Assembly (NCBI GenBank): GCA_050177605.1
Contig: JBFXGX010000001.1
Span: forward strand, 79,059 to 143,058
Length of the DNA: 64,000 nt
DNA from: Candidatus Izemoplasmatales bacterium
Lineage (GTDB): Bacteria; Bacillota_I; Bacilli_A; Izemoplasmatales; Hujiaoplasmataceae
Direction of reading: 5' to 3'
Notes under the pieces: model-generated
The model's input: only the letters and a program-made list of their open reading frames with translations
Databases searched by the model: none
What the model was told of the DNA's origin: nothing
Program-made: the position numbers and the translations under genes
Shown here: in pieces, positions 8,413 through 19,365 of the stretch
How the letters are laid out: every line of letters starts with the position of its first letter
Position numbering within the stretch: the first letter of the stretch is position 1

Positions 8413-10197
8413 ATGCTAAAAGTATTTAAATTTCTCAAATGGTATCACTGGCTATTATTAGTTGTTATGGTAGGCTTTATTTATCTTCAAGTAAGAATGG
8501 ATTTAATTCTTCCTGAAAAAATAGGTAATATTACAACAACAATTTTTGCAGGTGTATCTTCTGGGCAGAGTGTAACAAGTGATATTTTAAATGATGGGCT
8601 GATTATGTTGCTTGTATCATTTATTTCCATTGCTTCGACGATAATAGCAAGTTTCATTGCGACACGCGTAGGAACAAAAGTAGCAGCGACTCTTCGTCAC
8701 GAAGTGTATGGACATGTACAAGATTTCTCATTAAGAGAAGTAAATCATTTTTCAACACCATCCTTAATTACTAGAACTACGAATGACGTTCAACAAGTTC
8801 AAATGGCTTTAATTATTATGCTGCGTATGTTAGTCACTGCGCCGATTACAGCTGTTTCAGCTATTTTTAAAGTGGTAAACTTGAATGTAACTTTAACAAT
8901 GGTTATCGTACTTGCTGTATCGGCAATCGTTGTTCAAATTATCGTCATCTTTAGTTTAGTTGGTAAGAAGTTTGGATTATTACAGACTCAAATTGATGAC
9001 CTAAACCAAATTACTCGTGAGACATTAACAGGTATTCGTGTTGTTAGAGCACACAATGCTGAAGATCAACAATCAACGAAATTCGATAAGGTTAATACAA
9101 AACTTACAAAAACACAATTATTCGTAAATACTGTATTTGCTTTTATGAATCCAGGGATGATGATTATCATGAACAGTGTCAGTTTAGGTGTAGTAGCTAT
9201 TTCTGCTGTACTATTAAATAATGGTACTTTAGGAACAGGTCCTGTGGATGGAATGAGTATTATGATTCAGTTCACAAACTATGGTATGATGATTTTATTT
9301 AGTTTCATGATGCTAATCATGTTATTTATCTTCTTACCAAGAGCGATTGTCTCTGCAAAACGTATTATGGAAGTTATTGAAACTCCATATTCTATCAGTG
9401 AAGATAGCGCAAAAGCTGAACTTACTGTTGATTTCGTTGAAAAGCAAAATGTTTCTATCGAATTCAAAAATGTATCCTTTAGATATCCTCATGCTGAAGA
9501 AGATGTCATTAAAAATGTAAGTTTCAAGGCAAATAGAGGACAAACACTCGCATTTATTGGTTCGACAGGATCTGGAAAATCAACCATCATTCAATTATTA
9601 CTTAGATTTTATGATGTTACCGATGGTGAAATTCTCATCAATGGCGAAAACATTAAAAACTATCCACTCCATACTTTATATCAACTCATGGGTTATGTTC
9701 CTCAAAAGGGATTGTTATTCTCAGGAGACATTACATCGAATCTACAGATATCACAGGAAAATGCAACTGATGAAGAGATGTATGACGCGCTAGATACTGC
9801 TCAAATCAAACATTTTGTAGATGAATCGGAAGATCATTTACACCACAGAATTGATCAAGGTGGAAATAACGTATCTGGTGGACAAAAACAAAGATTATCC
9901 ATCGCTAGAGCGTTAATCAGAAATCCAAAAATATTGATTTTTGATGATTCATTTAGTGCGCTTGATTATCGTACTGATAAATCACTTCGCGATGCTCTAA
10001 AACACAAAACCGAGAACGCTCTAAAAGTGATTGTTGGTCAAAGAATTGGAACAATTATGGATGCAGATCAAATTATAGTTCTTGAAAAAGGTGAAACTGT
10101 TGGTATTGGTACTCATAAAGAGTTACTTGCAGATTGTACTCCATATCAACAAATTGCTTTTGCACAATTAAGTAAGGAGGAACTCGCTCGTGGCTAA
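8413..10197 (+). CDS. Heterodimeric multidrug-type ABC exporter, TMD+NBD subunit A (degenerate site)
   Basis: 6-TM domain, GSTGSGKS, VSGGQKQR, Walker B IFDDS and GQR in place of H. Confidence 0.93.
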   Translation: MLKVFKFLKWYHWLLLVVMVGFIYLQVRMDLILPEKIGNITTTIFAGVSSGQSVTSDILNDGLIMLLVSFISIASTIIASFIATRVGTKVAATLRHEVYGHVQDFSLREVNHFSTPSLITRTTNDVQQVQMALIIMLRMLVTAPITAVSAIFKVVNLNVTLTMVIVLAVSAIVVQIIVIFSLVGKKFGLLQTQIDDLNQITRETLTGIRVVRAHNAEDQQSTKFDKVNTKLTKTQLFVNTVFAFMNPGMMIIMNSVSLGVVAISAVLLNNGTLGTGPVDGMSIMIQFTNYGMMILFSFMMLIMLFIFLPRAIVSAKRIMEVIETPYSISEDSAKAELTVDFVEKQNVSIEFKNVSFRYPHAEEDVIKNVSFKANRGQTLAFIGSTGSGKSTIIQLLLRFYDVTDGEILINGENIKNYPLHTLYQLMGYVPQKGLLFSGDITSNLQISQENATDEEMYDALDTAQIKHFVDESEDHLHHRIDQGGNNVSGGQKQRLSIARALIRNPKILIFDDSFSALDYRTDKSLRDALKHKTENALKVIVGQRIGTIMDADQIIVLEKGETVGIGTHKELLADCTPYQQIAFAQLSKEELARG

Positions 10198-12046
10198 AGA
10201 AGAACAAAGACCATCAGGACCTAGAATGCATGGCCCAGGCGGTGGCGGAAGAATTAATGAAAAACCAAAATCAATGAAAAAAGCCTTAAAGCAACTCCTT
10301 CATTATATTAGACCTTATTATTTCGTTTTAATCTTAGTATTAATCTTCGCAATTGCTTCTACTGTTTTCAGTATTATTGGTCCAGACCAAATCGGAAATA
10401 TCACGAACTTAATTCAAGATGGTATTACCGTTTCTGGTTTTGATTTCGCAACACAGTCTCCAATATTCGCAGTCAATATCGATATGAATGCTGTTATGAA
10501 AATCGTCTATTTGTTAATCGGTTTTTATGTAGCAAGTTTCATCTTTAACGCTGTTCAAGGTGTTTTGATTACAAGAGCTACACAAAAAATCACAAAACAA
10601 CTTAGAAAAGATATTTTCAATAAAATCGAAAAGTTACCTTTACAATACTTCGACCAAAACAGTTATGGTAATACCTTAAGTAGAATGACAAATGATGTTG
10701 ATTTAATCTCTCAAACATTAAATAATTCAATTAGTCAATTTACAACCTCCGTAACGATGATTCTTGGAATTACCATTATGATTTTCACAATCAATTGGAT
10801 TATCGCCTTTATAGTACTCGCAATGCTACCAATCTCTATGGTGATTATTAGTTTAATTATGAAAAAATCACAAAAATTCTTTAGACAGCAACAAGCTTCA
10901 CTAGGTACACTGAATGGTCACATTGAAGAAAGTTTTACCGGACAACAAATCTTAAAAGTATATCAAGCTGAAAAAAGATTTATGAACAAGTTTGAAGAAA
11001 GCAATGGTAAACTTCTAGAAAGCGCATGGAAATCTCAATTCTTATCAGGACTGATGATGCCAATCATGAGTTTCGTAGGAAATTTAAGTTACATTGTTAT
11101 CGCTGTTGTTGGTGCAATCTTCGCCGTCAATGGCACATTAAAAATTGGTGATATTCAAGCTCTATTAATGTATAACAGACGTCTTAACCAACCTTTAGGA
11201 ACTGTTGCTCAATCCATGACTCAAATTCAATCATCTCTTGCGGCAAGCGAAAGAGTATTTGACTTCTTAAGTGAAACTGAAATGAGTGCGGAAGAAGCTT
11301 CAAGAACACTTCAAAACGTAAAAGGTTCAATGACATTTGAACACGTGAAGTTTGGATATGAACCAGACAAGACAATTATTCATGACTTTAATTTAGAAGT
11401 GAAACCGGGTCAAAAAGTAGCTATCGTAGGCCCAACTGGGGCTGGGAAAACAACGCTTGTTAATTTAATCATGCGATTCTATGAAATTGAATCAGGATCA
11501 ATTAAAATTGATGGTGTCGATACAAAAGCATTATCGAGACATGATGTTCATCAATTATTCGGTATGGTTCTCCAAGACACTTGGCTATTCCAAGGAACAG
11601 TGAAGGACAACTTAAAATACGGAAGAAATGATGCCACAGATGAAGAAGTAATCGCAGCAGCGAAAGCCGCAAGTATTCATCATTTCATCAAATCACTTCC
11701 TTATGGATATGATATGGTTCTCGAAGAAAATAGTAATATTTCTCAAGGACAAAGACAGTTATTAACAATCGCTAGAGCGATGGTTTCAAACGCTCCTATG
11801 TTAATTCTCGATGAAGCTACTTCTTCTGTCGATGTTAGAACTGAAATCTTAATCCAAGAAGCTATGGATCGTCTTATGAAAGGTAGAACTACCTTTGTCA
11901 TTGCCCATCGATTATCAACAATTAAAAATGCTGATACGATTCTAGTCTTAAATGATGGAAATGTTGTAGAAACTGGAAATCACGAAACATTGCTAGCACA
12001 AAACGGATTCTACGCTGACTTATATAATAGCCAATTCGAGATGTAA
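10190..12046 (+). CDS. Heterodimeric multidrug-type ABC exporter, subunit B (consensus site)
   Basis: GPTGAGKT, ISQGQRQ, LILDEATS, AHRLST; GTG start overlapping the upstream gene. Confidence 0.93.
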   Translation: MAKEEQRPSGPRMHGPGGGGRINEKPKSMKKALKQLLHYIRPYYFVLILVLIFAIASTVFSIIGPDQIGNITNLIQDGITVSGFDFATQSPIFAVNIDMNAVMKIVYLLIGFYVASFIFNAVQGVLITRATQKITKQLRKDIFNKIEKLPLQYFDQNSYGNTLSRMTNDVDLISQTLNNSISQFTTSVTMILGITIMIFTINWIIAFIVLAMLPISMVIISLIMKKSQKFFRQQQASLGTLNGHIEESFTGQQILKVYQAEKRFMNKFEESNGKLLESAWKSQFLSGLMMPIMSFVGNLSYIVIAVVGAIFAVNGTLKIGDIQALLMYNRRLNQPLGTVAQSMTQIQSSLAASERVFDFLSETEMSAEEASRTLQNVKGSMTFEHVKFGYEPDKTIIHDFNLEVKPGQKVAIVGPTGAGKTTLVNLIMRFYEIESGSIKIDGVDTKALSRHDVHQLFGMVLQDTWLFQGTVKDNLKYGRNDATDEEVIAAAKAASIHHFIKSLPYGYDMVLEENSNISQGQRQLLTIARAMVSNAPMLILDEATSSVDVRTEILIQEAMDRLMKGRTTFVIAHRLSTIKNADTILVLNDGNVVETGNHETLLAQNGFYADLYNSQFEM

Positions 12047-12050
12047 TGCG

Positions 12051-12482
12051 ATGGAAAGAAATATAAGTTATCTTCCAATCTTATTCCATTCATTTCAAAA
12101 AATGATGATGGAAGAACATGAAACCATCGTCGAGTCATATGACTTAACAAAAAAACATATTCCATTTTTAATGGTCATCGGTCGTTTCCCTGAAGGCTTG
12201 ACTCAACAAGAAATCTCAGAAAAGATGCGTATGGATAAAGCACATACTTCAAGAACGCTTCGTGAACTCGAAGAAAAAGGATATGTAATAAAAGAAGGCG
12301 AAGGCACGTATAAACACAAATATTTACCTACAGAAAAATCAAAACAAATGAAAAAATTACTTAAAGAAAAAAATGATCAAATCGTTAGTAAAGTACTCAG
12401 TGTATTAACCGATGATGAGGTCGTTCAATTTGAGACAATCATTCGTAAATTAACCGATGAGATTTCTCATATTCAAAAATAA
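12051..12482 (+). CDS. MarR family transcriptional regulator
   Basis: LTQQEIS...DKAHTSRTLRELEEKGYV winged-HTH pattern, 143 aa. Confidence 0.9.
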   Translation: MERNISYLPILFHSFQKMMMEEHETIVESYDLTKKHIPFLMVIGRFPEGLTQQEISEKMRMDKAHTSRTLRELEEKGYVIKEGEGTYKHKYLPTEKSKQMKKLLKEKNDQIVSKVLSVLTDDEVVQFETIIRKLTDEISHIQK

Positions 12483-12498
12483 CATCAAGTAAAAAAAT

Positions 12499-12528
12499 AA
12501 AGCATCCGATCACTCGGGTGCTTTTTTT
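12499..12528. terminator. Intrinsic terminator (probably bidirectional)
   Basis: AAAGCATCCGA-TCAC-TCGGGTGCTTTTTTT. Confidence 0.8.
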
Positions 12529-12545
12529 CATTAATTACTTCCTAT

Positions 12546-13394
12546 TTATTTAAGAATGTAGAGAATTCCAATCGTTCCCTTCCCGCAATGAGAAGAAATG
12601 ACACATCCTGCATTCGTGACAAATACATTCTTGAATGGAATTTCTTTTACACTAGACTTGATATAATCCGTATAGTCATCTGACATAGAATGCGTAATCA
12701 TACAAAAATCAAGATCGATATCTTCTTCTTGCGTCAAAACTTCTTGAAGCATTAAATCGATACCATTTTTGAGAGAGCCTCGTCCTTTTTTGCCCACAGC
12801 CATCACGCCATCACGGACTTTGATAATAGGTTTTATTCGAAGCATCGTTCCCATAACAGTCGAAAGTGCATTCAATCTTCCACCTTTATAAAGATATTCA
12901 AGCGTATCTATCACAAATTGGCTTCTTACTTTCCCAACGATCTGTTCAATCGCATGAGTGATTTGTTCGCCGTTCATGCCTTCCTCTCTAAACTTCGCTG
13001 CCTTCAGCAACAATAATCCCGATCCACTAGAAAGATTTTGTGAATCTATCAAGAAAACATTTCCTTCTTCAATCATCGATTTCGCCGTGTGTGCTGCTTG
13101 ATAAGTGGCGCTAAACTTTGACCCTAATCCAATATAAATTACATCAATTCCTTGAGTAGTATATTTCAAAAAAGTCTCATAAAAACTACCTGGAGACGCC
13201 GCTGCGGTTTTTGGTAAGATTCCTCTTTCCTTGACCATTTTATACATTTCTGGTGTTGTCAGATTGACTCCATCAAAAAATGATTCTTCCTCAAAGTTCA
13301 CATAAAGCGGAACAATATCAATATCATATTTTTGAATTAAGTCTTGCGATAAATCACAAGTGCTATCTGAAACCAATTTGATTCGATTACTCAA
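12546..13394 (-). CDS. DegV family fatty-acid-binding protein (FakB-like)
   Basis: DSTCDL, PKTAA, SSGSG, LYKGGR, SHCGKGT; TTG start. Confidence 0.93.
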   Translation of the reverse strand: MSNRIKLVSDSTCDLSQDLIQKYDIDIVPLYVNFEEESFFDGVNLTTPEMYKMVKERGILPKTAAASPGSFYETFLKYTTQGIDVIYIGLGSKFSATYQAAHTAKSMIEEGNVFLIDSQNLSSGSGLLLLKAAKFREEGMNGEQITHAIEQIVGKVRSQFVIDTLEYLYKGGRLNALSTVMGTMLRIKPIIKVRDGVMAVGKKGRGSLKNGIDLMLQEVLTQEEDIDLDFCMITHSMSDDYTDYIKSSVKEIPFKNVFVTNAGCVISSHCGKGTIGILYILK

Positions 13395-13527
13395 AGTATC
13401 ACCCCAAAACCATTATAATGAAAATATCCTAAAATGTAAATATATGGACCTCTGTTTTTTTCTTTTCTGAGTCAAATTTCTCTCTCTTCAACTCCCATTT
13501 AATGTTATAATAAGAATTGGTGATAGC

Positions 13528-14367
13528 ATGAGAAAGATAGAACGAAATGATTTCATATCTAGAATTAAATCTGAATTAATCGATTCAGCTTATTATCTTC
13601 CTTCTTCTGTTCTTGAATTAATCAAGAAAGGAAGAGATCAAGAAGTGCGAGAAATGTCAAAACATATTCTCGATCAAATCGTCGAAAATGAAGCGATTGC
13701 ACGAACTGAACATATTCCACTTTGTCAAGATACTGGTGTCGCAATTGTAACCTTAAAAATTGGGTGTGAAGTCTCTTTCGACTTTTTAATTGAAGATGCA
13801 GTGAATGTTGCTGTACGCGAAGCCTATCAAGAAGGTTATTTAAGAAAATCGGTCGTTGATCATCCTTTATCAAGAAAAAACACTTTAGATAACACGCCTG
13901 CTATTGTTCATATCAAACAAGCTCTTGGAGATCAAGTGGAAATCTATGTCGCTCCAAAAGGAGCAGGTAGCGAAAACATGAGTCGCCTCTCAATGCTTAG
14001 TCCTTCCGCTGGAAAAGAAGGAATCATAAATTTTGTTTTAGAAACAGTTAAATTAGCTGGAGGAAAAGCTTGTCCTCCAATCATTCTTGGAATTGGGATT
14101 GGTGGAAACTTTGAAAAGTCAGCACTCATCGCAAAGGAAGCGTTATTTAGAGAGTTAGATGATGAAGCCGAAAATCCAGTGGACCGTGAACTTGAAAAAG
14201 AACTATTTGAAAAGGTAAACTTACTTAATGTTGGCCCAATGGGCCTTGGAGGAGTTACCTCTTGCTTAGCAGTAAAAGTGAATAGTTATCCTTGCCATAT
14301 TGCTTCTCTGCCAGTCGCTGTAAACATTCAATGTCACTCAGCTCGTAAAAGACATTTCTTTCTTTAG
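13528..14367 (+). CDS. Fe-S hydro-lyase alpha subunit (class I fumarate hydratase / tartrate dehydratase)
   Basis: PLCQDTG, KGAGSEN, KACPP, CHIASLPVAVNIQCH. Confidence 0.92.
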   Translation: MRKIERNDFISRIKSELIDSAYYLPSSVLELIKKGRDQEVREMSKHILDQIVENEAIARTEHIPLCQDTGVAIVTLKIGCEVSFDFLIEDAVNVAVREAYQEGYLRKSVVDHPLSRKNTLDNTPAIVHIKQALGDQVEIYVAPKGAGSENMSRLSMLSPSAGKEGIINFVLETVKLAGGKACPPIILGIGIGGNFEKSALIAKEALFRELDDEAENPVDRELEKELFEKVNLLNVGPMGLGGVTSCLAVKVNSYPCHIASLPVAVNIQCHSARKRHFFL

Positions 14368-14376
14368 GAGGCCTCA

Positions 14377-14898
14377 ATGATAAGATTAACTACACCGATT
14401 CATGAGAACGACCTACTTTCATTAAAAGTCGGTGATGAAGTATTAATTAGTGGAAAAATCTATACTGCAAGAGACGCTGCCCACAAAAGATTATTGGAAA
14501 GTTATGAGCAAACTGGAAAATTACCAATATCCTTGGAAGGCGAAATTCTCTATTATGTTGGTCCAACGCCAGAACAAGGTAATTTAGCGATTGGTTCTGC
14601 TGGACCTACCTCAAGTTATCGTATGGACCCTTATAGTATCAAACTCATGCCACTGGGTGCGAAAATTATGATTGGTAAAGGGGATAGAAGTGATTTATTT
14701 GTATCTGAATTAAAGAAAAATAGAGCTGTTTATTTCATCGCAGTCGGAGGAATTGGCGCTTTATTAAGTAAAACAATTCAGTCCTCAAAAGTAATCATGT
14801 ACGAAGACTTGCAAAGTGAAGCGATTCGAGAATTACAGGTGGAGAATTTCCCTGTCATCGTGGCTTATGATTCTAATGGATTAAATATTTTCAAATAA
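14377..14898 (+). CDS. Fe-S hydro-lyase beta subunit
   Basis: TARDAAHKR, GPTSSYRM, MIGKG. Confidence 0.92.
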   Translation: MIRLTTPIHENDLLSLKVGDEVLISGKIYTARDAAHKRLLESYEQTGKLPISLEGEILYYVGPTPEQGNLAIGSAGPTSSYRMDPYSIKLMPLGAKIMIGKGDRSDLFVSELKKNRAVYFIAVGGIGALLSKTIQSSKVIMYEDLQSEAIRELQVENFPVIVAYDSNGLNIFK

Positions 14899-14925
14899 AA
14901 AGACCTTCTCAAAAGGTCTTTTTTT
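14897..14925. terminator. Bidirectional intrinsic terminator
   Basis: AAAAAGACCTT...AAGGTCTTTTTTT. Confidence 0.8.
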
Positions 14926-16306
14926 ATTTAATATTTATTTTAATAACACTCATCGTCTTTGGAAAAGCAATGTCATCATTACTATGCAGTCTCAAGGAAT
15001 CATCAATGACAAGGACAAAATACTGATTTTCGATTTGAAAAAATACTTTTGGAAACATACTGTCAAACAAAACGAAATCAATCCGGTTTTCAGTATGTAA
15101 CCCATTCCCAAACATATATAATGTATTCTTTGAATCTTGATTGAATGCAGAAACATAAGGTCCTAGTCCAATGGGACTTTCAAATAAACTAAATAAAGTA
15201 AAAATATCGGTTGGCATATACGTATGTTCAGTAATATATTCGCCTTCATAACTAAGTTCAATTACAGCTGAATATGCACTCTCTGCATCTTCAAACCATG
15301 CGGTGATATAAAGTTTACCATTGGCGTCAGTAACTTGTTCGTAATAGATATTTTGAACATTACATTCTGTATCCTCTATTAAATAAAAAGCTTCTGTGGA
15401 TGGATTATGGGAAAGAATGAAGCCATTTGCAGAGGAAGTATTTTCATGGGTTCCAACAAAGATAAATGTATTTCCTACCGCAACCGTATCTTCCACAAGA
15501 TAACTGGCATCCTTCTCTACATCACAAAGAAATTCCTCATCTTTGTTATAGAATTCAATTTTGGTTTCATAGACAATGGCAAAATCACCTTCACTATTTG
15601 TGACTACCTTGGAAAGTTTTGCTTCACCAGCGCTCAGTTCACTTCGATATAAGAATTCTAGGCTGGAATCATAGTGATACACCCATACTTTGTAGGAATC
15701 ATCAACAGATTCTAAAATGTTTACAAATAGATTATATCCACCCTCCTCAGCATAGATTCCTATCGGAAGAGCACGATATTGAGGTTCAGTAATATTGATT
15801 GTTCGCATGGATGCTGACAAAGTATCATAGATTAGCAGATGAACTTGACTATCCTGCCAGTTAGAAGAAAAAGTAGGAGTTAATAAATCTTGATATAATA
15901 TCAACGCCCGTTGATTCACAATCACAGGTTCAAGAATGATATTGAAGGAATCTTCACTATCACCCATTTGGCTTTCGAGGGTAAATCCTAATTCGCTATT
16001 TTCAACAATCAGGGTTGTTTGAATAATCGCTTGGTTTCCACGATGATCTTCAGCAGTAAACTCAACTAAATAAATGCCAAGGTCAAGTAAACTAGTATTT
16101 TCAATATTCGTGTTGATCGTGAGAAATTCATCGACATTATCCGTGACAGTAATACCAAAAACTTCGACAAGATCTAGGGAATCGCCTTCTGTCATCGTAA
16201 CACTTTCTTTAAGTGCATTAAAAGTCGGGCTGACAACATCAATTTCAGAACATCCGAAGATGAATATTGTGATGATAAATAACACAAGTAAGCTAATTTT
16301 TTTCAT
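14924..16306 (-). CDS. Acidic surface lipoprotein with an N-terminal Ig-like domain and a beta-rich (propeller-like) C-terminus
   Basis: Signal peptide with lipobox IFGC; VTDNVD...GIYLVEFTAEDHRGN Ig-like signature. Confidence 0.7.
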   Translation of the reverse strand: MKKISLLVLFIITIFIFGCSEIDVVSPTFNALKESVTMTEGDSLDLVEVFGITVTDNVDEFLTINTNIENTSLLDLGIYLVEFTAEDHRGNQAIIQTTLIVENSELGFTLESQMGDSEDSFNIILEPVIVNQRALILYQDLLTPTFSSNWQDSQVHLLIYDTLSASMRTINITEPQYRALPIGIYAEEGGYNLFVNILESVDDSYKVWVYHYDSSLEFLYRSELSAGEAKLSKVVTNSEGDFAIVYETKIEFYNKDEEFLCDVEKDASYLVEDTVAVGNTFIFVGTHENTSSANGFILSHNPSTEAFYLIEDTECNVQNIYYEQVTDANGKLYITAWFEDAESAYSAVIELSYEGEYITEHTYMPTDIFTLFSLFESPIGLGPYVSAFNQDSKNTLYMFGNGLHTENRIDFVLFDSMFPKVFFQIENQYFVLVIDDSLRLHSNDDIAFPKTMSVIKINIK

Positions 16307-16360
16307 TGGTGTCTCCCTTCTTTCATTATAAGTATATGTTATATTAATTCAATTTTCAAT

Positions 16361-16388
16361 AAAAAAAGAAGCTTGATAGCTTCTTTTA
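16361..16388 (-). terminator. proS terminator
   Basis: AAAAAAAGAAGC-TTGATA-GCTTCTTTT hairpin. Confidence 0.7.
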
Positions 16389-17828
16389 ATATGCTTTTGC
16401 AAATAAAACTTCTTTTTCTGCTTTCTTTCCACAAACAGGACAAGTATCTGTTAGATGTTCTTGCGTAAATGGAATACAACGAGCTGTCGCCGCAGTATCT
16501 TCTTTTATTTTATCCTCACAAGCTCTATCTCCACACCACATCATTTTGATGTAGCCAGCTTCTTTTTCAATCGTTTCTTTGAATTGATCATAAGTATAAG
16601 CAGCTCTCGTATTTTCAAGAACATTTGCCTCTGCTTTTTGATACATTCCATCATGAATTGATCGTAAAATCGATGGTAATTTTGATTCAAGTTCATCAAG
16701 TGATAAAGTAATTTTCTCATGATTATATCTAGTAAATACGATACATTGATTATTTTCAATGTCTCTTGGGCCCATTTCAATACGTACAGGAATACCTTTC
16801 ATTTCAGCATCCGCAAATTTATATCCTGGTGTTTTATCACTAGCATCAACACTAACTCTATAGCCAAGATTTGATAATTTTGCTTGAAGTTCATAAGTTT
16901 TATCCAGGACGCCCTCTTTTTGTTGAGCGATTGGTACAATCAAGATTTGAGTTGGAGCGACATATGGAGGAAGAACGAGTCCAGAATCATCCCCATGGAC
17001 CATGATAATCGCGCCAATGAGTCTTGTCGATAATCCCCATGATGTTTGGTGAACCGGTTTGACAATACCGTCTTTATCTTGGAATGAAATATGGAATGCT
17101 TCAGCAAATCCAGTTCCAAAATAATGTGTTGTCCCTGATTGTAATGCTTTTCCATCATGCATTAATGCTTCAATCGTATAAGTTTCCATAGCACCAGCAA
17201 ATTTTTCTTTATCTGTTTTCTTACCTGTAATAAAAGGAATTGCAAGCAAGTCTTTCCCTAGTTGATTATAGATATCAAGCATTCCAAGGACTTCTTCTCT
17301 TGCTTCGGTTTCAGTCGCGTGAATCGTGTGGCCTTCTTGCCATAAAAATTCTGATCCTCTTAAAAATGGTCTTGTTGTTTTTTCCCAACGAACGACGCTA
17401 CACCATTGATTATATTTTTTTGGTAGGTCACGATAAGACGAAACGATTTTACTATAATGATCACAGAATAAAACTTCTGAAGTTGGTCGAATGATTAATC
17501 TTTCTTGTAATACTTCTTTTCCACCAATCGTAACGATTGCGGTTTCAGGAGCGAAACCTTCGACATGCTCTGCCTCTTTTAAGAAAAGTGATTCTGGAAT
17601 GACCATTGGCATGTATACATTTTGATGCCCGGTTCTTTTAAATTCTTTATCCAAGTGAGATTGGATATTTTCCCAAATGGCATAACCATAGGGACGATAA
17701 ATGATGAATCCCTTCGCATCAGTATAATCCATTAATTCTGCTTTACGACAGACATCTGTATACCACTGTGCGAAATCTTCATCTCTAGATGTTATTTCTT
17801 TCACTAATTTTGTATTTTCTTTTGCCAT
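16386..17828 (-). CDS. proS: Proline--tRNA ligase (archaeal/eukaryote-like type, no editing domain, C-terminal Zn motif)
   Basis: [31 protein letters not shown], terminal CPVCG...FAKAY. Confidence 0.96.
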   Translation of the reverse strand: MAKENTKLVKEITSRDEDFAQWYTDVCRKAELMDYTDAKGFIIYRPYGYAIWENIQSHLDKEFKRTGHQNVYMPMVIPESLFLKEAEHVEGFAPETAIVTIGGKEVLQERLIIRPTSEVLFCDHYSKIVSSYRDLPKKYNQWCSVVRWEKTTRPFLRGSEFLWQEGHTIHATETEAREEVLGMLDIYNQLGKDLLAIPFITGKKTDKEKFAGAMETYTIEALMHDGKALQSGTTHYFGTGFAEAFHISFQDKDGIVKPVHQTSWGLSTRLIGAIIMVHGDDSGLVLPPYVAPTQILIVPIAQQKEGVLDKTYELQAKLSNLGYRVSVDASDKTPGYKFADAEMKGIPVRIEMGPRDIENNQCIVFTRYNHEKITLSLDELESKLPSILRSIHDGMYQKAEANVLENTRAAYTYDQFKETIEKEAGYIKMMWCGDRACEDKIKEDTAATARCIPFTQEHLTDTCPVCGKKAEKEVLFAKAY

Positions 17829-17892
17829 TTCTTGCACCTCATATCGTTAAGAATTATACCACAGCTTGAATAAAACGAAAAGGAATATTTCT

Positions 17893-19365
17893 TTAAATCG
17901 ATTTTTCAACAAAACGGTAGAATTCAGCTCTTGATTCGGCTTTAAAGACGCCGCAGTCTTCTAACACTTTTTCGAATATTGAACCAACTTCATTTTGTAA
18001 AACTTGATCAATTGTATCCTCTTGATACGTACTTTGTGATAGTTTTTCAATCCATGGTTGGTGTTTATTTAATGATTCACTTAAAGGCATTTTATCTTTT
18101 GATAATAAATAGGATTTGATCTCTTCTAACTCATCTTTGAGTCTTCCTGGTAAAATAGCGAGTCCCATGACTTCAATTAAGCCAATATTTTCTTTTTTGA
18201 TATGGAAATATTCATCTCGAGGGTGAAACAATCCAAACGGTCGTTCTTTGGTGGTATAGTTATTTCGAAGAACGATATAAAAATGATAATAACCGTCTTG
18301 GATATTCACAATCGGAGTGATAGTATTATGTGGTTCGTCCGTGTAGGCGAAGATATTCAAATCTGGATTTGAATAGTCTTTCCATGATTCAAAAATTTGA
18401 TTGACTAAATCAATTATTTTATATTCATCTTTCCCAACGATGCGGATAACACTCATCGGCCAATCTAAAACCTCTACACGCATTCTACCGACTTTGTATT
18501 CACGAAGAATTTTGGCGTGTTGAATCGGAAAATCAGCATTCCCACCTTGGAAATGATAATGACTTAATATCGAACCTCCAACAATCTTGAGACCTGCATT
18601 GGATCCAATTAAATAATGTGGAAATTGATTCACAAAATCAATTAATTCTTCAAAGGTTTGTTGGTCCACTTTCATTGGAATATGTTGTTTCTTAAGCACA
18701 ATAAGATGTTCGTTAAAATAGGAATAAGGCGAATATTGCAAACCCCATCCATCTTTATCATGATTGAGTGTTAAATTAATCACTCGATGGTTACTTCTGG
18801 AGGCATGAAAATCATCTCCATAAAACCCAACATTTTCCATACATAATGCACATTTTGGATAATGGCTATCTGTTTGGTGATGCATCTTGGCAATTAACAT
18901 CGGGTCTTTTTCTGGTTTCGATAAGTTAATCGATATTTTTAAAGGTGCATAAGCTCCGTTGTAATCAAAATGGATATTTTTTTCGATTCTTTTCGTTTTG
19001 ATATAATTCGTTTTTTGAGATAAATGATAAAAATCGTTCGTTGCATAGACCGGTGCTTTTTTATATAGTTCTCTAAACCTTTTATTCATCTCACTAGGTC
19101 TAGGAAGAAGTGCATCCATCATTTTAGCTTCAAAGTGATCAAAATCAGAAATTGATTTTGAAGGAATCAGTCCTTGATTAAACGCTGCTTCCAATAGTTG
19201 ATCTAATAATTCATAAATTTCAATAGGTTCAGTAAGTACTTCCTCACTGTAGGATGAAAGATGAAAAAGATAAAGGAGCTGATTGACAGCGTACTCTTTA
19301 TCATCTTTAGAAAGAAGACCTTCATTGAGCCCATATGCAATTAATTGATTGATTAAATGATTCAT
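17893..19365 (-). CDS. galT: Galactose-1-phosphate uridylyltransferase (Gram-positive type II)
   Basis: INLSKPEKDP, YPKCALCMEN, QYSPY, GGSILSHYHFQGG, HIKKENIGLIEVMG; ATGA overlap with galE. Confidence 0.93.
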   Translation of the reverse strand: MNHLINQLIAYGLNEGLLSKDDKEYAVNQLLYLFHLSSYSEEVLTEPIEIYELLDQLLEAAFNQGLIPSKSISDFDHFEAKMMDALLPRPSEMNKRFRELYKKAPVYATNDFYHLSQKTNYIKTKRIEKNIHFDYNGAYAPLKISINLSKPEKDPMLIAKMHHQTDSHYPKCALCMENVGFYGDDFHASRSNHRVINLTLNHDKDGWGLQYSPYSYFNEHLIVLKKQHIPMKVDQQTFEELIDFVNQFPHYLIGSNAGLKIVGGSILSHYHFQGGNADFPIQHAKILREYKVGRMRVEVLDWPMSVIRIVGKDEYKIIDLVNQIFESWKDYSNPDLNIFAYTDEPHNTITPIVNIQDGYYHFYIVLRNNYTTKERPFGLFHPRDEYFHIKKENIGLIEVMGLAILPGRLKDELEEIKSYLLSKDKMPLSESLNKHQPWIEKLSQSTYQEDTIDQVLQNEVGSIFEKVLEDCGVFKAESRAEFYRFVEKSI

